From positions 1,376,001 to 1,440,000 of the forward strand of contig CAVRJY010000001.1 of the NCBI GenBank assembly GCA_963721805.1: a DNA stretch of 64,000 nt, read 5' to 3'. The notes below the pieces were generated by a model. That model saw nothing but the letters and a program-made list of their open reading frames with translations, searched no databases and had not been told where the DNA came from. The position numbers were made by a program, and so were the translations under genes. The DNA comes from Nitrospirota bacterium (GTDB taxonomy: Bacteria; Nitrospirota; Thermodesulfovibrionia; Thermodesulfovibrionales; JdFR-86). Below are positions 17,001 through 25,865 of the stretch, piece by piece (within the stretch, counting starts at the first letter, position 1; every line of letters starts with the position of its first letter).

Positions 17001-17632
17001 AGGTCTGCGAGATATTCAAGAGCATTCAGGGCGAGTCCTCGTGGGCCGGGCTCCCTTGCTCGTTCGTGAGGCTCACCGGCTGCAACCTGAAATGCAGGTA
17101 CTGCGATACCGCTTATGCGCGAGAGGGCGGTGTAGAGATGACGCCGGATAAGATTGCCTCGGAGGTCGGATCGTTCGGCATCGAGCTGGTTGAGCTCACC
17201 GGCGGCGAGCCGTTGCTGAATCCCGGGACGGCTGCGCTTGCGGCAGCGCTGCTGGATTTGGGCCACAAGGTCCTGATCGAGACGAACGGGAGCATCGATA
17301 TCAGCCATATCGACAGCCGGGCCGTGATCATAATGGATATCAAAACCCCTTCAAGCGGGATGAGCGAGATGATGCACCTCGATAACCTCGCGCTCCTTAA
17401 GCCCTGCGACGAACTAAAGTTCGTCCTCTCGGACCGTGCAGACTACGAATGGGCGCGCAAGTTTATCGCGGATCACATAAGAGACTCCAGATACACAATC
17501 CTGTTTTCCCCGGCATTTGGCGTACTCAATCCAGCGGATCTCGTAGGATGGATCATCGAGGACGGGCTTAAAGTGCGGTTCAATATGCAGCTGCATAAGT
17601 ACATCTTCGGACCGGAGCGAAGAGGGGTCTAG
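16997..17632 (+). CDS. queE: 7-carboxy-7-deazaguanine synthase-like radical SAM enzyme (TTG start)
   Basis: EIFKSIQGE, FVRLTGCNLKCRYCDT, TGGEP, ETNG, QLHK. Confidence 0.88.
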   Translation: MKVCEIFKSIQGESSWAGLPCSFVRLTGCNLKCRYCDTAYAREGGVEMTPDKIASEVGSFGIELVELTGGEPLLNPGTAALAAALLDLGHKVLIETNGSIDISHIDSRAVIIMDIKTPSSGMSEMMHLDNLALLKPCDELKFVLSDRADYEWARKFIADHIRDSRYTILFSPAFGVLNPADLVGWIIEDGLKVRFNMQLHKYIFGPERRGV

Positions 17633-17635
17633 CTG

Positions 17636-18139
17636 CTACCTTCCTGCGATATACGCGAGGTAGCTCCGAAACTCGTGTTTGAAGTTGTCGCTTAGAGTCT
17701 CGCCATCGAGCGTCGCCTCGATCTCGGCGACATCCCAAAATCTCACCTCGTCGATCTCCTCAGCGCTAAAGTTAAACGGGCCCTCGCGGGTGCAGCGGTA
17801 TGTGCTTACGAGTTCGGTCTCATAGCGGTTCGAATGGACGTAAGAATAGATAAACTCCGGCTCGCATGCGACGCCGAGTTCCTCGCTCATTTCTCTGAGC
17901 GCGGCCTCGATCACTTCCTCGCCGGGGTCCACGTGGCCGCCTACAGAGGTGTCCCACCGGCCCGGCGCGACGTCCTTGCTCATAGAGCGGCGCTGGAGCA
18001 GTATCCGGCCGGCCTTGTCCAGCACGAGCACGTGCGCCACGCGGTGCATGAGCGTGGGGTTTCCGTGCACGACAGAGCGCGGGGCTATGCCGATGACCTC
18101 GCTCTTATCGTTGACTATCTCGATCCGCTCCACTGACAT
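17636..18139 (-). CDS. NUDIX hydrolase (YfcD/IPP-isomerase-like)
   Basis: GGHVDPGE...AALREMSEELG Nudix box; HRVAHV; QRRS. Confidence 0.88.
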   Translation of the reverse strand: MSVERIEIVNDKSEVIGIAPRSVVHGNPTLMHRVAHVLVLDKAGRILLQRRSMSKDVAPGRWDTSVGGHVDPGEEVIEAALREMSEELGVACEPEFIYSYVHSNRYETELVSTYRCTREGPFNFSAEEIDEVRFWDVAEIEATLDGETLSDNFKHEFRSYLAYIAGR

Positions 18140-18201
18140 GATGCTTATTATACCCCATCGCATTTTGACAATGGCGGACCGGAGCGGTTAGTGTACATGC
18201 C

Positions 18202-19425
18202 ATGACACGCATTAACAAAAAGCAGGCCATAAGCTGGTGCATGTACGACTTCGCGAACTCGTCGTATTCGGCCGTGATCGCAGCGGTCGTCTTCCCGGTC
18301 TATTACGCAAACCACATAGTCGGCAACTCGGCCGGGATCGGGGACCTCTGGTGGGGCAGGTCGGTCTCGGCGAGCATGCTGGTCATAGCTGTGCTCTCGC
18401 CGATGCTCGGCGGGATGGCGGACTTCACCGGGATGAGAAAGCGCTTCCTGGTCGGCTTTACGCTGCTCAGCGTATGCTCTATCGCGGCGCTTTCGGTGCT
18501 CAGGCCGGGCATGGTCTTTGAGGGCTTCGCGCTTGCAGCGCTCGCTAACGTTGGCATGGAGGGCGCGATGAACTACTATAACGCCTACCTGCCGGAGATC
18601 GCGCCACGCGAGTTTCAGGGCAGGCTCTCGTCATGGGGGTTCGGCGTTGGATATGCCGGATCGATCTTCGCGCTGTTGTGCGTGCTCCCCCTCGTTGAAG
18701 CCGGATGGTTCGCGGCGTCATGGTTCGCGGTGGCCGCGATGTTTCTATGCTTCAGCATGCCTGCGTTTTTATGGTTGCCGCCGGATCAGCGCACAGGCAG
18801 CATAGTAGCCGGTGCGCGCGAAGGGATGTCCCGCAGCGCGAAGGTCTTCAGGCACGCGCTTCGAGACCGCAACTCGGTCCTTTTTCTGGTCTCGTATTTC
18901 ATGTTCACCAACGGGGTCAGCACCGTGATAGTGTTTTCGAGCATCTATGCGGCGACGACGCTCCAGTTCGGCAACGGAGAGCTTATCGCTCTATACATAC
19001 TCGTGCAGTTCACTGCCCTTGCCGGATCGTTCCTGCTGGCCTCGACCGTGGATAGGCGGGGGCCGCGCTTCGTCACCATGATCTCGCTCGTGCTGTGGTG
19101 CGGGGTGTGCGTTGCGGCATATATGGTCGAGAGCAAGACCGCATTTTGGTTCGTGGCTTCGGTAGCTGGCCTAGGGCTGGGCACGGTGCAGGCCGCATCG
19201 AGGGCGCTGTACGCGCGGTTTATCCCAAGCGGGAATGAGGCCGAGTACTTCGGGCTGTTCGCGATGGCCGGGAAGACCTCATCCGTGCTCGGCCCGCTGG
19301 TGTTTGGGTATGTCTCGTCAGCCGCCGGAAGCCAGCGGCCTGCGATACTAAGTATCGGCCTGTTCTTCCTTATCGGGCTTGTGGCATTGATCCCGGTGAG
19401 GGACGAGTTCCTTCACTCCGAGTAG
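18202..19425 (+). CDS. MFS transporter (UMF1/Atg22-like)
   Basis: WCMYDFANS, about 12 TM helices, EYFGLF. Promoter TTGACA-18-TAGTGT just upstream. Confidence 0.85.
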   Translation: MTRINKKQAISWCMYDFANSSYSAVIAAVVFPVYYANHIVGNSAGIGDLWWGRSVSASMLVIAVLSPMLGGMADFTGMRKRFLVGFTLLSVCSIAALSVLRPGMVFEGFALAALANVGMEGAMNYYNAYLPEIAPREFQGRLSSWGFGVGYAGSIFALLCVLPLVEAGWFAASWFAVAAMFLCFSMPAFLWLPPDQRTGSIVAGAREGMSRSAKVFRHALRDRNSVLFLVSYFMFTNGVSTVIVFSSIYAATTLQFGNGELIALYILVQFTALAGSFLLASTVDRRGPRFVTMISLVLWCGVCVAAYMVESKTAFWFVASVAGLGLGTVQAASRALYARFIPSGNEAEYFGLFAMAGKTSSVLGPLVFGYVSSAAGSQRPAILSIGLFFLIGLVALIPVRDEFLHSE

Positions 19426-20702
19426 GTCGAGGTCTCCACGCCCTTTGATTTTTTTACCTGCCGTGCGATCCCTTGAGCCTCGCCGTCGGTCGCGTAGGAC
19501 TCCGGCATCAGTACGCGATATATCGTCTTTCCGGCATGGGTCGTTGACTCCTTCATCTCCGCGTTCAGCCCCTTTGACTTGAGTTCAGAGACGAGCCAGT
19601 CAGCGTTGCCCTTCTTGCCGAAAACACCAAACTGGACGTAGTGGCCCGGGCCGAGCTTCTGAGGCGCGGCTTTTTTCGGTTCCGGCTTTGGTTCCGGCTT
19701 TGGTTCAGGCTTTGGTTTGGGAGCCGCGGCTAGCGGCGCATTGGCCACAACCGGTTTAACCAAGGGCGCATTGACCATGGGGGCGACCGAGGCCGGAGCG
19801 CTAGCGACCGGCGAATTAACCAAGGCGGCAGGCGCATTGGCTGCCGGAGCCTGCAAAAGGGCGGCAGCGGGGGCGTTGGCCTGCGCCGAATGGATCACGC
19901 CGTTTACGTCCGCGCTTCTTGGAAGTACGGTCTTATTGTCAGAGAATATGGATTTATCGGGCTCGGCCGGTGGCCCCTGTGTTTTCTCCGGCCCACCGCC
20001 ACCGCCGATGAGAAAATAAGTAACGATTCCCACGACGACAACCGCGAGACCGGCCGCTACGATGAGCATAGTTTTTCTAACGCCAGCCGGTGTCTTTCTC
20101 GGCCATGTCGGCGTTGCGGCCCTCCTGCGCGGCGGATCGTCCTCTGATACCCCCTCGCGCCTGAGTGAATCCGTGAAATCACCCTCAGGGGGGCTGATTA
20201 GATCCTCCTCATTTTTGAAGCTCTCGGAGGTAAATTCCCTCTGAGCGGGCTTGTCTGTCTCGTCCGAAATGGAATCTCCGGCAGGATCAGTAAACATATC
20301 GGCCTGAACGGGCGGGGCAGGCTGTGCAGGTGAGACGCCGATCCACCTCGTAACCTCAGCAGGAAGGGTTTCGGGCTTGACAGGCTTCTTTATGAATCCC
20401 ACGATACCGTATAGCGACTCGTAGAGGGGGTCGTAGTTTCCTTCTTTAAGGGTCAGCAGGACGATCGGCATGTCCTTAAGAGACTCGGTCGAGTGTATAT
20501 CCTTGCAGATGTCGAGCCCGTTGGTGCCGGGCGTTGCCAGGTTCAGGAGCACTATTGAGGGCAACACGTTTTTGGCTATAGAGAAACCGACGTCCGCCTG
20601 CGTGGCGGTGAAGACCGCATAGCCCGCGCCTTCAAGTATCTGCTGTATGGACTCGAGGTATTTCGGGTCGTTCTCGATCAGGAGCACTTTTTCGGTATTC
20701 AT
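19413..20702 (-). CDS. Pseudo-receiver domain, TM helix, Ala/Pro linker and SPOR domain in one protein
   Basis: N-terminal REC fold (KVLLIEND...LLNLATPG...KKP); one TM (LIVAAGLAVVVVGIVTYFLI); C-terminal YVQFGVF..KGNA...YRV SPOR motif. Confidence 0.82.
   Translation of the reverse strand: MNTEKVLLIENDPKYLESIQQILEGAGYAVFTATQADVGFSIAKNVLPSIVLLNLATPGTNGLDICKDIHSTESLKDMPIVLLTLKEGNYDPLYESLYGIVGFIKKPVKPETLPAEVTRWIGVSPAQPAPPVQADMFTDPAGDSISDETDKPAQREFTSESFKNEEDLISPPEGDFTDSLRREGVSEDDPPRRRAATPTWPRKTPAGVRKTMLIVAAGLAVVVVGIVTYFLIGGGGGPEKTQGPPAEPDKSIFSDNKTVLPRSADVNGVIHSAQANAPAAALLQAPAANAPAALVNSPVASAPASVAPMVNAPLVKPVVANAPLAAAPKPKPEPKPEPKPEPKKAAPQKLGPGHYVQFGVFGKKGNADWLVSELKSKGLNAEMKESTTHAGKTIYRVLMPESYATDGEAQGIARQVKKSKGVETSTYSE
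19678..19713. repeat. 12-bp tandem repeat x3 encoding (KPEP)n
   Basis: GGTTCCGGCTTT, GGTTCCGGCTTT, GGTTCAGGCTTT. Confidence 0.85.
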
Positions 20703-20711
20703 TAGTCCCTC

Positions 20712-21626
20712 CTAACGCAAAAGCCGCCTGAGGCTTATGAGCACTGCTTCGGCAATACCCTGCAAGTCGTAACCGCCTTCTAGCACGAATACCATGGGCG
20801 CATCCGTGCTCCCTGCGATGCCGTCCACTATCTGCTCTATGCCCTCGGATGTGACGCGCAGCGAGGCCAGCGGATCGACGGACAGTATGTCATACCCGGC
20901 CGAGACCAGCATTATGTCCGGCCTGAATGAGCTGACGCTCTGTGGAAGGATGTCCTGGTATATGTAGCGGAATTCGCGGTCCCCCGAGCCTGACTGCATC
21001 GGATAGTTGGCCGTAAAACCCTCGCCCGCGCCTCGGCCCTTGTCCATCAGCGCCCCGGTGCCTGGATAAAAGGGATACTGGTGGGTGCTGAAATAGAATA
21101 CCGAGGGGTCGTCCTCGAAGGCGTGCTGGGTGCCGTTCCCGTGGTGGGCGTCGAAGTCGGCGATGAAGACTTTCCGAAACCCCATGCGCTGGGCGTACCT
21201 CGCGCCAATGGCTATGTTGTTGAATATGCAAAACCCCATCGCGTGGTCGCGCTCGGCATGGTGGCCGGGCGGCCTTACGGCGCAAAATGCGCGGTCGAGT
21301 TCACCGGCCTTGATCCGGTCTGTCGCCTCCAGCACCGCACCGGCGGCGAACAGCGCGGCCTCGAGCGTGCCCTTGGATACGTAGGTATCAGGATCGGCAT
21401 AGCCGGGCGGCATGGCCTGTATCATCTCGACGTACGCCGGATCGTGCACCGCCTGGATCTCGTCGAAGGATGCACGCCTTGGCGGGGCCTTGATAAGCGA
21501 GTCCCAGATCTTCGAACCGGTAAGCCGGGCCATGATCGCACGGAGGCGGTCGGCGCTCTCCGGGTGGTCGGGCGGGGTTTCGTGTCTCAGGTAGACGTCG
21601 TCATAGAAAAGCCCGACGCACTTCAT
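20712..21626 (-). CDS. Zn-dependent histone deacetylase family amidohydrolase
   Basis: HPE..R, RPPGHHA, GFCIFNN, DFDAHHGNGTQ, SAGYD, LEGGY. Start 21626 chosen from the ATGA overlap. Confidence 0.93.
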   Translation of the reverse strand: MKCVGLFYDDVYLRHETPPDHPESADRLRAIMARLTGSKIWDSLIKAPPRRASFDEIQAVHDPAYVEMIQAMPPGYADPDTYVSKGTLEAALFAAGAVLEATDRIKAGELDRAFCAVRPPGHHAERDHAMGFCIFNNIAIGARYAQRMGFRKVFIADFDAHHGNGTQHAFEDDPSVFYFSTHQYPFYPGTGALMDKGRGAGEGFTANYPMQSGSGDREFRYIYQDILPQSVSSFRPDIMLVSAGYDILSVDPLASLRVTSEGIEQIVDGIAGSTDAPMVFVLEGGYDLQGIAEAVLISLRRLLR

Positions 21627-22153
21627 CGCTGCTCTGTGGGCTTTGGGCACGAGGCGCACTCAAACGCCAGAAGCACGCATCGCTCGCGCTCGATCTTGGC
21701 GGCGGGGAGAGGCTCGGCCGGCCGGACGCTCAGCTCGGTGAGTGCATCTTCGCGCGTGGGTATTTCGTGCGAGATGAGCTTTCCGGTCCGGGTGTCGAGC
21801 ACATGTGCGATGAGCCCGTCGGTCACGACCGCGTACGGGGCAGGTGTGCTGTCCATCAGCCGCGCCATAGCGAGCACATGCCGTTCCCTCGAATCCAGCG
21901 CCATCGAGCACTTGACCGCCATCACGGGCCTGCCCTCGATCCGCACTGCATAGTCGACCGTAACGGTCTCCTCGGCGTTGGCGGTCTTGACGTGGAAGCG
22001 GAATTCCGGGGTTAAGTCCCCCTCCAGGTAGCCCCGGTCCATGAGCATCTGAAATGCGAGTGCGCGGGCGTCTTCGGTGACCACGGCCTCACGCTCCTCG
22101 AGCTCCTTGACCTTCTCTTCGGCCATCCTGACGCGATCCCCGCACTGTGACAT
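21623..22153 (-). CDS. Stand-alone HsdR N-terminal-like (PD-(D/E)xK-fold) protein
   Basis: VDY...MAVKC, ERH..AMARL, YAVVTDG; no helicase domain. Confidence 0.6.
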   Translation of the reverse strand: MSQCGDRVRMAEEKVKELEEREAVVTEDARALAFQMLMDRGYLEGDLTPEFRFHVKTANAEETVTVDYAVRIEGRPVMAVKCSMALDSRERHVLAMARLMDSTPAPYAVVTDGLIAHVLDTRTGKLISHEIPTREDALTELSVRPAEPLPAAKIERERCVLLAFECASCPKPTEQR

Positions 22154-22203
22154 ATGAAATTATAACACAGCGGGTTAGGGTGAGATGAGCAGCACGGACA
22201 GGC

Positions 22204-23016
22204 TTACGGGCGGGGTTTTTCGCCCTGTGTGAGGGCGTTGAAAGCGGGGTCGTTCGCAAGCGATGAGAAGTCCTCATCCGAGCGGGCCAGCAGCGCGAAG
22301 TCCTTGTGAAGCTCGACTGCGGTCTTGAGGTTTCTTAGCGCCTCGTCCTTTTGGCCCCGGCGCGCATACAGGCATGCAAGGTTATAATATGCAAAGTGGA
22401 ATTTTGGGCTATGTTTGATAACCGTGTTGTAAGCCTCGAAGGCCTCGTCCGTACGCCCGAGTGCGGCGAGCACCACGCCTTTGTTGTACCACCCCTCCGC
22501 GTACGAAGGGTTGATGCCCAGCGCCCTGTCCTGCACGGCCAAAGCCTCCTGCAGCCTGCCCGTGCGTTCGAGGACGACGCCCTTGTTGCTTAAGGCATCG
22601 ATGGAATCTGCCCTGAGAGAGAGGGCGCGGTCAAAGGCCTCGAGCGACCGCTCGAAGCGGTCGAGCCTGCCGCTGATGATCCCGACGATCAGCCAGCCCT
22701 GAAAAAAATCGGGTTTTAGCCTGACGATGGACTCGTATAGCGCAAGGGCTTCTTCCGGCTGCCCGGCTCGCTCGAGGGCGTTGGCCCTCATGAACATGGC
22801 TTCGAGGAAATCAGGCCGCAGCGCGAGGGCCTTGTCGTAAGATGCCATCTCCTCGGCCGCGTATCCTAGCTTTCCGAGCACCACGCCACGGTTGAGCCAG
22901 GCCTCCGCAAAATCCGGCTTGATTTCTATGGCCTTGTCAAAGGCATCGACTGCCTCGGAGTAGTCCTTCCGTTCGTTTAGCGCCAGGCCGCGCCTGAAGT
23001 GGGTATCGGCATCCAT
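22204..23016 (-). CDS. Tetratricopeptide repeat protein
   Basis: About seven 34-aa TPR units (e.g. AEAWLNRGVVL) and a terminal YYNLACLYA...D.DF cap. Confidence 0.9.
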   Translation of the reverse strand: MDADTHFRRGLALNERKDYSEAVDAFDKAIEIKPDFAEAWLNRGVVLGKLGYAAEEMASYDKALALRPDFLEAMFMRANALERAGQPEEALALYESIVRLKPDFFQGWLIVGIISGRLDRFERSLEAFDRALSLRADSIDALSNKGVVLERTGRLQEALAVQDRALGINPSYAEGWYNKGVVLAALGRTDEAFEAYNTVIKHSPKFHFAYYNLACLYARRGQKDEALRNLKTAVELHKDFALLARSDEDFSSLANDPAFNALTQGEKPRP

Positions 23017-23110
23017 GGGATCAATTATATCAGAGCGGCGGCCTGCAAGAGAATGGATTTCAGACTGCAATCGCGACAGGTGCGGAGGTATTACGATAAA
23101 TGGCCGGGGT

Positions 23111-23479
23111 CTAGGACTCTATGAGCACGAACGCCACAGCATATTCGCGTTCGTGCGCGAGGGTCAGGTGGATCTTCGATTTGCCGAAACCTGTGAGCAG
23201 ACGGGCCGCGTCGCCGTTGAGCCTGAGCGATGGCCGTCCGGCCTCGTCGTTTCTGACCTCGATGTCCCTAAGCGTAAGGCCGTATGTCCCGCCAAGGGCC
23301 TTGATAAGCGCCTCCCTAGCCGCGAAGCGCACGGCGAGGTGCGGATAGGGATTACTGTGGCTCATGCAGTATGCGATCTCGTCGCTGGTATATACGCGTT
23401 CGAGGAACTTGTGTCCCCAGCGCCTGACCGCATCCCTTATGCGGTCGGTGCGGACGATATCCGTGCCGATCCTGATCAT
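23111..23479 (-). CDS. acpS: Holo-[acyl-carrier-protein] synthase
   Basis: IGTDIV, RFAAREA..KA, GRP, LTLAHE; follows pdxJ as usual. Confidence 0.93.
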   Translation of the reverse strand: MIRIGTDIVRTDRIRDAVRRWGHKFLERVYTSDEIAYCMSHSNPYPHLAVRFAAREALIKALGGTYGLTLRDIEVRNDEAGRPSLRLNGDAARLLTGFGKSKIHLTLAHEREYAVAFVLIES

Positions 23480-24183
23480 CCCGTGATGGCCTTCATCTCG
23501 CGCACCGCGCGCTCGATTCCTACGAGCACCGCTCGGGCGATTATGCTGTGTCCGATATATAGCCCGCGCAGGTTTTCTATCGCAATGATCGCCCGTACGT
23601 TGTGGTAATTAAGCCCGTGTCCGGCGTTGATGCCGAGGCCGAGGTCGGCCCCGGTGTGTGCGGCGGCGATGATCCTCCGGAATTCGGCCTCCTGGCGCTT
23701 GCCGCGCAAATTCGAGTACTCGCCGGTATGGAGCTCGACCATATCGGCCCCGGCGTCCTTGGCCGCGATGAGCGCGGCCTCCTCGGGATCGATGAACAGG
23801 CTTACCGGGATGCCTGCCTTATGGAGTCGTGTGATGGCCTCGCGTATGCTGCGCTTCTTGCCTGCAACATCGAGCCCGCCCTCGGTCGTAAGCTCCTGCC
23901 GGTGCTCGGGCACCAGAGTCACCATCTCGGGCCTGACATTGACGGCGATGCGGAGCATCTCAGGGGTGGCGGCCATCTCGAGGTTGAGTTCGACTGCAAC
24001 TATCTCCCTGAGCAGCCTCAGATCGCGGTCGTGGATATGCCTGCGGTCCTCACGAAGGTGCACCGTTATCCCATCGGCACCGCCCAGGAGCGCCAGGGGC
24101 GCGGCCATAAGCGGGTCGGGCTCTACGCCTTTCCTTGCCTCGCGCAAAGTGGCCACGTGGTCTATGTTAACGCCAAGGATCAA
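23476..24183 (-). CDS. pdxJ: Pyridoxine 5'-phosphate synthase (TTG start)
   Basis: LGVNIDHVATLR, HLREDRRHI, VELHTG, NAGHGL. Confidence 0.96.
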   Translation of the reverse strand: MILGVNIDHVATLREARKGVEPDPLMAAPLALLGGADGITVHLREDRRHIHDRDLRLLREIVAVELNLEMAATPEMLRIAVNVRPEMVTLVPEHRQELTTEGGLDVAGKKRSIREAITRLHKAGIPVSLFIDPEEAALIAAKDAGADMVELHTGEYSNLRGKRQEAEFRRIIAAAHTGADLGLGINAGHGLNYHNVRAIIAIENLRGLYIGHSIIARAVLVGIERAVREMKAITG

Positions 24184-24206
24184 TTTACCCTCCTATAAAA
24201 ATTATA

Positions 24207-25208
24207 TCAAAGTCTGGCCTGCACGGCGGCATAAACCTCATCGACCGTGACGGCCCGCATGCACTGGAGTTCCGGGCAGTAGTCCTTCTTGCGGCATGGC
24301 GAGCATGAGAGGGCCTTGTGCAAAACGGTGTGCCCCGGCCCGTAAGGCCCTGTCCTGGCCGGGTCGGTCGGCCCGAATATCGCGATGACCGGCACGCCGA
24401 GCCCGGCCGCGATATGCATCGCGCCCGTGTCGTTCGTCACAACGAATTTCGCGCCGCCCAGCACGCTTGCGAGTTCCTTAAGCGACGTCTTTCCGGTAAG
24501 CGATTCCGCGCGGCCCTCGGAGTACCTGACCACCTTATCCGCGATCCAAGCATCCGCCTCCGAGCCGACGACGTAGGAATGGATCGGGAGCATCGAGGCC
24601 AGCACACCGAACCTTTCGGCCGGCCAGCGCTTGGTCTGCCACCTGGCGCCCGGCACGAGCACCGCGTACGGTCCCTCGCGGTCGAGCAGGTATGGTTCCT
24701 TGAGGATAGGGAATGCCACGGGGGAATCGGCGCACCCCAGGAACCGCGCGACGTCGAGGTATCGGTCGACCGCGTGGACCGCGCCGGAGGACGGGGCCTC
24801 ATGGGTATAAAAAAGCCAGCTTGCCTCGCGCGCGTCGCTCAACCCGATGCGCAGCTTCGCACCCGAGAGCCAGGTGATCACGCCGCTTCTAAAAAGTCCC
24901 TGGATGTCGAGAGTTAGGGCGTACCCGCGTGCTTTCATCGCGCGCGAGATCGTGCGCAGTTCCGAGAGCATCTCTCCGGCCGAGCCGATGCGCTTCCACC
25001 GGTCCTTGTCGATGATCCAGAGGCGGGTGATCATCGGATGCTCCACGAGCAGGCCTTCGAGGCCGCGTGCGATGACCCAGTCGATCTCGGCCTCGGGGAA
25101 GCATTCCTTAAGGCGGGCCAGGAGCGCAAGGCCGTGCACGACATCGCCGAGCGAACTCGGTTTTACGATGAGGATGCGTTTCGGCCTGCGTCCCTCGAGT
25201 ATGTCCAC
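24207..25208 (-). CDS. GT9 LPS heptosyltransferase (WaaC-like)
   Basis: KPSSLGDVVH, DIQGLFRS, KRWP, NDTGAMHIA, FGPT. Confidence 0.88.
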   Translation of the reverse strand: MDILEGRRPKRILIVKPSSLGDVVHGLALLARLKECFPEAEIDWVIARGLEGLLVEHPMITRLWIIDKDRWKRIGSAGEMLSELRTISRAMKARGYALTLDIQGLFRSGVITWLSGAKLRIGLSDAREASWLFYTHEAPSSGAVHAVDRYLDVARFLGCADSPVAFPILKEPYLLDREGPYAVLVPGARWQTKRWPAERFGVLASMLPIHSYVVGSEADAWIADKVVRYSEGRAESLTGKTSLKELASVLGGAKFVVTNDTGAMHIAAGLGVPVIAIFGPTDPARTGPYGPGHTVLHKALSCSPCRKKDYCPELQCMRAVTVDEVYAAVQARL

Positions 25209-25209
25209 A

Positions 25210-25857
25210 TCAGGACTTGTTGCGCGTGAGCAGACAGTTAAGCCATACGACGTTCATGTAATAAGCCTCTTCCTTTAGCATCTGCCTCAACGTGCCATCT
25301 GGGTGCTTCCTCATGTACCGCTTGAGTTCCTTGTCGAAAAAGACCTTCGCGCGGTCCAGGTTAGATTCGTTGAACGGATAGATGCCGCGGCCCAGCAGGT
25401 TTCTGCCCTCGAACTCGAATATCCGGCCGCCGAAGATATCGCCCTGGCGGAGCTTGGGGACCGCCGTGCCCGTGAGCGCCGATTCGCCGCCTCCCAGCAT
25501 GTCCTCGACCGCGCACGAGCCCTCGCCAATGGCCTTGACCCTGTAGACGCTGAGCACGGAGTCCCTCATAGCGGTGAGCACCGACGAGGTGCGGCCATCG
25601 GGCTTTTTCGCTTTGATGTAGACGTCTATTAGGGATTCATGTAGTGCCTTGCGCCTATAGTCGCAGACCAGCCAGTCCTCGAAATTGATAAATGCAATGC
25701 CCAGCGCTGTGCCTCCGAGGATGTCCTCGGGGTCCTCTTCCTCCCAGAAAAAATCGTACGCGTCGTCGATCTCCTCGGCCGCGGACTCGCGGAGGTATTC
25801 GATCACGGAATTAAATGCGCTATTGAGAAGCTCGCAGCTGTCTGTCAGTTCGTTCAT
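25210..25857 (-). CDS. Hypothetical protein
   Basis: Plausible 215-aa ORF within the LPS gene run, with its own -10 box; no function recognised. Confidence 0.7.
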   Translation of the reverse strand: MNELTDSCELLNSAFNSVIEYLRESAAEEIDDAYDFFWEEEDPEDILGGTALGIAFINFEDWLVCDYRRKALHESLIDVYIKAKKPDGRTSSVLTAMRDSVLSVYRVKAIGEGSCAVEDMLGGGESALTGTAVPKLRQGDIFGGRIFEFEGRNLLGRGIYPFNESNLDRAKVFFDKELKRYMRKHPDGTLRQMLKEEAYYMNVVWLNCLLTRNKS

Positions 25858-25865
25858 GACGGGTA

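Noticed and set aside
16997..17632. queE as part of a 7-deazaguanine DNA-modification (dpd) defence island
   Set aside because: No dpdA/tgt-like, queC or queD genes nearby. folE lies in a folate operon.
19678..19890. Repeats as a CRISPR array or contingency locus
   Set aside because: They are in-frame coding repeats for a Pro/Ala linker, with no spacers and no cas genes.
21623..22153. Type I restriction-modification or defence system
   Set aside because: Only a short HsdR-N-like domain with a degenerate catalytic motif. No helicase, hsdM or hsdS.
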